Shown here piece after piece: positions 58,330 to 63,097 of a stretch of 63,097 bases of DNA. Under the pieces are notes generated by a model. That model did not search any database, was not told the origin of the DNA, and saw nothing but the letters and a program-made list of their open reading frames with translations. The translations under genes and the position numbers were made by a program. Source of the DNA: a virus (Duplodnaviria; Caudoviricetes); IMG/VR virus record IMGVR_UViG_3300028840_003063, positions 1-63,097 of that record. The stretch is one strand, 5' to 3'. The first letter of the stretch is position 1. Each line of letters begins with the position of its first letter.

Positions 58330-58740
58330 TCATAATATATTCCAATTATAATTATTTATATTATTTTCTTTTTTCAACCTTTTTTTTTCTAGTTTTTCAT
58401 ATTTAATTTTTTCCTTTTCTTGTTTTTTATTATTCCAATCCACAGGCTCTTTTTGATTAAGTTCCAATGCTAATTTGTGTAGTTTTTTGTCAATGTCGTT
58501 ATATATGGCACATTCTTTTTCGTCTAAGAATACATTGTTATGATATAATCGATAATTATCTGTATAAGAATTAACCCAAGTAGTCGAATCGACTATAGCA
58601 AAACTAGTAATATACCAATATTTTTGTCCAGTTTCAAGTACATCAGGAGTAATAGCAGATACGATAGATATGTTTAATTTTTCGTCAACTAGCTTTTCAA
58701 CTTCTAACATAATTTCTTTTTTAATTTGTTTTTTATTCAC
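58330..58740 (-). CDS. Hypothetical protein
   Basis: ORF track; KYWYI...D.YR...NVF. Confidence 0.6.
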   Translation of the reverse strand: MNKKQIKKEIMLEVEKLVDEKLNISIVSAITPDVLETGQKYWYITSFAIVDSTTWVNSYTDNYRLYHNNVFLDEKECAIYNDIDKKLHKLALELNQKEPVDWNNKKQEKEKIKYEKLEKKRLKKENNINNYNWNIL

Positions 58741-58750
58741 AATATAGCTC

Positions 58751-59632
58751 CTATAATTTTAACAAAGCTTCTCTCATTTTGTATATGATTAATTTTTTTT
58801 CCCCCATTCGCCTTGCCTCTTTTTTTGTTATTTTAGACCATTCTTTTTTTGTTCTTAATTGACAACCAATTTGTATATGATTGTCAAAAATAATTATTCT
58901 ATATGGAATATTTCCGAAAATTCTAATATATTTTTTTGTAACAATATGTTTAATTTTCAGATCACCTTTGCAATTCAGATCACCTTCGCAATTCAGATCA
59001 CCTTCGCAATTCAGATCACCTTTGCAATACAGATTACCTTCGCAAATCAGATTACCTTTGCAAATCAGATAACCTTCGCAATTCAGATAACCTTTGCAAA
59101 TCAGATTACCTTCGCAAATCAGATTACCTTCGCAAATCAGATAACCTTTGCAATTCAGATCACCTTCGCAATACAGATTACCTTCGCAATACAGATAACC
59201 TTCGCAATTCAGATCACCTTCGCAATTCAGATAACCTTTGCAATACAGATCACCTTCGCAATTCAGATCACCTTCGCAAATCAGATTACCTTTGCAAATC
59301 AGATCACCTTTGCAATACAGATTACCTTCGCAATACAGATTACCTTCGCAATTCAGATCACCTTCGCAATTCAGATCACCTTCGCAATACAGATTACCTT
59401 CGCAAATCAGATTACCTTTGCAAATCAGATAACCTTCGCAATTCAGATAACCTTTGCAAATCAGATTACCTTCGCAAATCAGATTACCTTCGCAATTCAG
59501 ATTACCTTCGCAATACAGATTAATTGTAATTTTTACATCTACATTAAAATTTAAATCTTTTTCTAATTCATAACTATTATAACCATTATGTTCATATTTT
59601 TTTTTTATTTCTTCAATCTTCTTTATTAGCAT
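58751..59632 (-). CDS. Cys-rich hexapeptide-repeat (beta-solenoid) protein
   Basis: C(E/K)G(N/D/Y)L(Y/N/I) repeats; C-terminal IQIGCQ...EW. Confidence 0.8.
   Translation of the reverse strand: MLIKKIEEIKKKYEHNGYNSYELEKDLNFNVDVKITINLYCEGNLNCEGNLICEGNLICKGYLNCEGYLICKGNLICEGNLYCEGDLNCEGDLNCEGNLYCEGNLYCKGDLICKGNLICEGDLNCEGDLYCKGYLNCEGDLNCEGYLYCEGNLYCEGDLNCKGYLICEGNLICEGNLICKGYLNCEGYLICKGNLICEGNLYCKGDLNCEGDLNCEGDLNCKGDLKIKHIVTKKYIRIFGNIPYRIIIFDNHIQIGCQLRTKKEWSKITKKEARRMGEKKLIIYKMREALLKL
58958..59520 (-). repeat. 18-nt tandem repeat, about 31 copies
   Basis: CAGAT(T/C/A)ACCTT(C/T)GCAA-type unit on the plus strand. Confidence 0.95.
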
Positions 59633-59645
59633 TTTTTGACTCCTT

Positions 59646-60482
59646 TTACATTATAATCTTGCCATTTAACGCTATTAAAAATAGCTTTATGATTAACCCA
59701 TCTTGCAAAATTTTTTTGATATTTATCGTTTTTTTATATGGCATGACAAACGGTTTTATTCCGTATTCTTTTAATTTTATGACTCTAAAATAATCTTCTT
59801 CAAAATTAGAACTAAAACCGATCAAAACATAACACATTAATTTATAGGGTTTTATTATTTTTATTATTAGTTTTAATTTTTCTTCAATATTATCTTTAAT
59901 ATTATCCCATGCAAAATGAAATTGTTTATAAGGTTTTATTTTGTTTAATTCAATCATCATTTCTTCATTCAATATTCTAATATCAATACCTTCAAATTGC
60001 ACTTTTTGATTATAGCCATGTAAATGTTTTATATTTTCTTTCCAATTTTCACTTGCAAAAAAATTATTATCTAGCAGATAAATCCATTTTCCTTTTGGGT
60101 TTAGATTCATTGGTTGTACATCTTGCAATAAACCTTCTTTTTCTCTAACTATACAAAATTTACAATTTCTAATACAGCCTGTCGTATATCTTTGTAATGA
60201 ATAATCACAATTATATATTGCATAATCAGGTTGACATTTTTCTATTTCATATGGTAATCTTGACTTAATATTATATCCAGTTCCACCCTTAATTATTTCA
60301 TCTGAATTTATACAATATTCATAATCTTTCGTAAAATTAAATATTTTTGAAATATAAACCTTATTATATTTTGAAAATCCATCGTACCAATCACACCTGT
60401 CGTTATAATATGATTTTATTTTCATTAATGGTAAATTAACTATTTTATTATCGATGTCAATTAATCCAATTATTGTTTTCAT
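59646..60482 (-). CDS. Radical SAM protein; C-terminus apparently frameshifted at an A7 run (59729-59735)
   Basis: NLPLMKI, GGTGY, GCIRNCKFC, LLDNNF; FARWVNHKAIF lies in the -1 frame. Confidence 0.8.
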   Translation of the reverse strand: MKTIIGLIDIDNKIVNLPLMKIKSYYNDRCDWYDGFSKYNKVYISKIFNFTKDYEYCINSDEIIKGGTGYNIKSRLPYEIEKCQPDYAIYNCDYSLQRYTTGCIRNCKFCIVREKEGLLQDVQPMNLNPKGKWIYLLDNNFFASENWKENIKHLHGYNQKVQFEGIDIRILNEEMMIELNKIKPYKQFHFAWDNIKDNIEEKLKLIIKIIKPYKLMCYVLIGFSSNFEEDYFRVIKLKEYGIKPFVMPYKKTINIKKILQDGLIIKLFLIALNGKIIM

Positions 60483-60494
60483 TTTATTCTCCTA

Positions 60495-61142
60495 TTAAAA
60501 TAAATCTAATTGCTTACTGTTATCTATATTCATTGCTTGATCTAATATGTATTTTCCAAGTTCTGAATTAACTAAGTTTCTTAAAATTTTACGTTTATTT
60601 TTTATGTTATATTTTGAAATATTAAAATCATATATAGTTTCATTACCTGTCATTATTCCGTGATGTTTTCTATTTTCTTTTATGTTTTTATTTTCAATAT
60701 AAAAATTGCTCCAAAAATAATGCCTGTTAATTTTTACCGATGGTTTTATTAGCGGATCATAATAAGGGATAACATTTTCTATAACCCATTTAGTGTCTTT
60801 TTTTGCAAAATTTTTTAATAATATTATTTCTTGATATAATGATATGTCTGGGTATATAGCAACCCTATTTTGACACCCTGCATTTTTTGAGTCTGATAAT
60901 ACACTCATTATTTGAGTTCTACTATGTGTAGGACACGGTGGACTAGCCCAAATAAAATCATATTCTTTATAATTTTCTAACAAATATTGGTGTGCATCTG
61001 TTATAATTACATTGTCAGTTGGGAAAAAATCTTTGTATATCTTTGCAATATCTGGATTATATTCAACAGCTGTTATTTCATGTTCATTATCCCATAATTT
61101 ACGGTTTCCTCCAATACCGGAATAAAGATTAAGTATTTTCAT
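60495..61142 (-). CDS. C5 cytosine DNA methyltransferase (short phage type)
   Basis: LYSGIGG, WASPPC, IENV. Confidence 0.82.
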   Translation of the reverse strand: MKILNLYSGIGGNRKLWDNEHEITAVEYNPDIAKIYKDFFPTDNVIITDAHQYLLENYKEYDFIWASPPCPTHSRTQIMSVLSDSKNAGCQNRVAIYPDISLYQEIILLKNFAKKDTKWVIENVIPYYDPLIKPSVKINRHYFWSNFYIENKNIKENRKHHGIMTGNETIYDFNISKYNIKNKRKILRNLVNSELGKYILDQAMNIDNSKQLDLF

Positions 61143-61146
61143 TTTA

Positions 61147-61401
61147 TTATCCTATCAAATTTCTTGTTATAAGTTCAGCCAAATAATCTATGCCAAACTC
61201 CATGTATTTATCATCGTTAATATCTTTTTTAATTTCATTTAGTCTTTTTTCTGCCCGAATTTCTTTTCGTCTTCTGCCCATTGCAGCACTTCTAATCATG
61301 CATTTTTTACACTGATTTTCATATCTTTTATAATGTTTATTATAGAAAAATCTATCAATAGGTTTTGTTTGACCACATCTATTATATCGTTTTCCTTTCA
61401 T
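61147..61401 (-). CDS. Hypothetical protein with degenerate zinc finger
   Basis: RCGQTKP..RF...CKKC. Confidence 0.55.
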   Translation of the reverse strand: MKGKRYNRCGQTKPIDRFFYNKHYKRYENQCKKCMIRSAAMGRRRKEIRAEKRLNEIKKDINDDKYMEFGIDYLAELITRNLIG

Positions 61402-61684
61402 AGCTTACTTAACTCCAATTCTTTCGCTTCAATACCTTTTTGTATTATATCATACAATAGATACTCCTCAAATTCCACATCATCTTTACAATCACGATTT
61501 TTTAGTTTTTCTATATAAAGCATAATTCTTTCGTAATCATCGTCATATTTCATTTTTTGCTCCTGTATCCTGAATAATGTAATCGGCAATTATCGCATTT
61601 CCCATGATAATTATTTCCGGTTGTTTTTTCTATAATTATAGATTTGCAAACCGGACACGTTCTTTGTTTTTCCATAATAACCTC

Positions 61685-61999
61685 CTATGGTTTTACAAAA
61701 TAAAAATATTCTAATCTAATATACAACTTCTTTTTTTTCTCTATATATTTTGCCTGTATATGAGTGTCATTAGACATATTATTAGCAACATATTTTTTGA
61801 TATAATTATCCCAAAAAGGATCGTATTCTTTCAATACTTCTAATAGTTCGTCTTTTGTTACTGCTTCACCTGGCACATCAAATCTAGCTAACATTTCAAT
61901 ATAGTTTTCTTGTTGTTCATACTCTCCTATATAGCTTTTAAAAGTTTCTAGATTTTCGTCTAAATATTTGCAAATTTCTTCATCTCTAAATACGCTCAT
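61685..61999 (-). CDS. Hypothetical protein
   Basis: GGAGG RBS. Confidence 0.6.
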   Translation of the reverse strand: MSVFRDEEICKYLDENLETFKSYIGEYEQQENYIEMLARFDVPGEAVTKDELLEVLKEYDPFWDNYIKKYVANNMSNDTHIQAKYIEKKKKLYIRLEYFYFVKP

Positions 62000-62229
62000 T
62001 TCTCATCCTCCCATTTTTTGCCTGTGTGTTTTTCTATTAGTTCAATGCTATTTATATATGTTGTATCATTAGTATACTTTGCTGGTATATCTGATCCATA
62101 TTCTTTGGCATATCTAATCAATGCCTCAATCAATTCTTTATTCTCTTTTTCAAGCTTTTTTATTTTAAGTAAAAATGATTTTAATAATAAACTCATTTCA
62201 GTATCCATTTTTTTCCCCTTCTTGTTCAT
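61996..62229 (-). CDS. Hypothetical protein
   Basis: ORF track. Confidence 0.55.
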   Translation of the reverse strand: MNKKGKKMDTEMSLLLKSFLLKIKKLEKENKELIEALIRYAKEYGSDIPAKYTNDTTYINSIELIEKHTGKKWEDEK

Positions 62230-62662
62230 AATATAATATTAGTTTATAATATTTTTTTGTTTCTATTATTGTATAGCTTATATCGTATATACAATCGCAA
62301 ATATCTATCCAAAAAGGCATAAGATGATTTTGGTCTAAGTATACAGAAAGCTCATATTTTGTAATTCTCATATTTGGAATTAAATAATATTTTTCTAAAA
62401 ATCTTATACCATTTTGATTATCATATTCATATTCTTTTGATAGAAACTTATTATAATTAGCATATAAATAACTTTCTATTTGATTTAGTCTTTCTTTTGT
62501 TATACTTGTGTTTGATTGTATTTCGTTGTATAAACTTTTAATACTGTTTAATATAGTGCTATCAATTTTTAATTTTTTTTCATTTGCAATAAAATTATTT
62601 ATATTTTTCATAATATACCTCCTAAAATAACCCCTCCCCATTGATGGATTATTTTTTTGCAA
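62198..62662 (-). CDS. Hypothetical protein
   Basis: ORF track; AGGAGG RBS favours the internal MKNINN start. Confidence 0.55.
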   Translation of the reverse strand: MQKNNPSMGRGYFRRYIMKNINNFIANEKKLKIDSTILNSIKSLYNEIQSNTSITKERLNQIESYLYANYNKFLSKEYEYDNQNGIRFLEKYYLIPNMRITKYELSVYLDQNHLMPFWIDICDCIYDISYTIIETKKYYKLILYYEQEGEKNGY

Positions 62663-62930
62663 CCTTATATGCGTTAATTGCTGACTTGCCCATTATGTCA
62701 AGTATAATGAATGGTATATAGGCAAGCTTAACGGAATCAACTAGACCCTTTACATTTTTTGGGGTCTCGGTTAAAATATCGTATACACTTACATCGTCCG
62801 GACTTTTCTTTTCAACCTGTTTTAATACATCTTTTTCAGATTTATTAAGTGTCTTTATTAAGATTATAAACCCTAATAGTATAATTGCACCAATAAAACC
62901 AAATAAAAATACGATCATTCCTGTACTCAT
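62649..62930 (-). CDS. Membrane protein
   Basis: GGAGG RBS; N-terminal TM helix. Confidence 0.6.
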   Translation of the reverse strand: MSTGMIVFLFGFIGAIILLGFIILIKTLNKSEKDVLKQVEKKSPDDVSVYDILTETPKNVKGLVDSVKLAYIPFIILDIMGKSAINAYKVAKK

Positions 62931-62955
62931 TTTGTTACCTCCAAAAGTTGTTTTG

Positions 62956-63097
62956 TTAGTCTACTTTTATGTTTAATAATTTTAATCCATATTTTAATAT
63001 TTTAATTCTTAATTTATTTTTTTTATAAGCAGCAGCATCAGCAGCAGCATCAGCAGCAGCATAAGCATCAGCAGCAGCAGCATAAGCATCAGCAGCA
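62956..63097 (-). CDS. 3' part of an Ala-repeat protein, probably the gene starting at 226
   Basis: AADAYAAAADAY...YKKNKLRIKILKYGLKLLNIKVD-stop matches the C-terminus of 223..843. Confidence 0.8.
   Translation of the reverse strand, partial: AADAYAAAADAYAAADAAADAAAYKKNKLRIKILKYGLKLLNIKVD

Noticed and set aside
58859-59554. Plus-strand ORFs over the 18-nt repeat
   Set aside because: Antisense shadows; the minus-strand gene fits the operon and has an RBS.
58751-59632. Diversity-generating retroelement
   Set aside because: No reverse transcriptase in the window and no template/variable repeat pair; variation fits tandem-repeat turnover.
1-63097. Stop-codon reassignment or integrated prophage
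   Set aside because: Genes are intact in the standard code, with no suppressor tRNA; no integrase or host flanks were recognised.

Overview
Near-complete, very AT-rich genome of a tailed dsDNA phage with siphovirus-type architecture. Both window ends fall inside one Ala/Tyr-repeat gene, so the molecule is probably circular or circularly permuted, with a small gap at the junction. Divergent sigma70-type promoters at about 1.8-2.0 kb drive a short leftward arm (1-1765 and 57844-63097, minus strand) and a long rightward arm. The rightward arm runs in this order: recombination genes; replication initiator with a likely origin, and DnaB; an array of four tRNA-like structured RNAs; RNA ligase, peptidases and a phosphoesterase; a roughly 9 kb pseudaminic-acid-type nonulosonate sugar cluster; a tRNA-CAU overlapped by an endonuclease gene; PBSX-type terminase and SPP1-type portal; head, neck and tail genes; membrane/lysis genes. 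No integrase, DNA polymerase or reverse transcriptase was recognised. Main leads: (1) a candidate virion O-glycosylation system (sugar pathway, a sialyltransferase/Maf-like gene in the head module, and strong Ser-Thr dipeptide enrichment in predicted exposed structural proteins); (2) a promoter-driven array of tRNA-mimic RNAs with swapped interiors; (3) a textbook twister ribozyme. All protein calls come from motif recognition by eye; no database searches were run.
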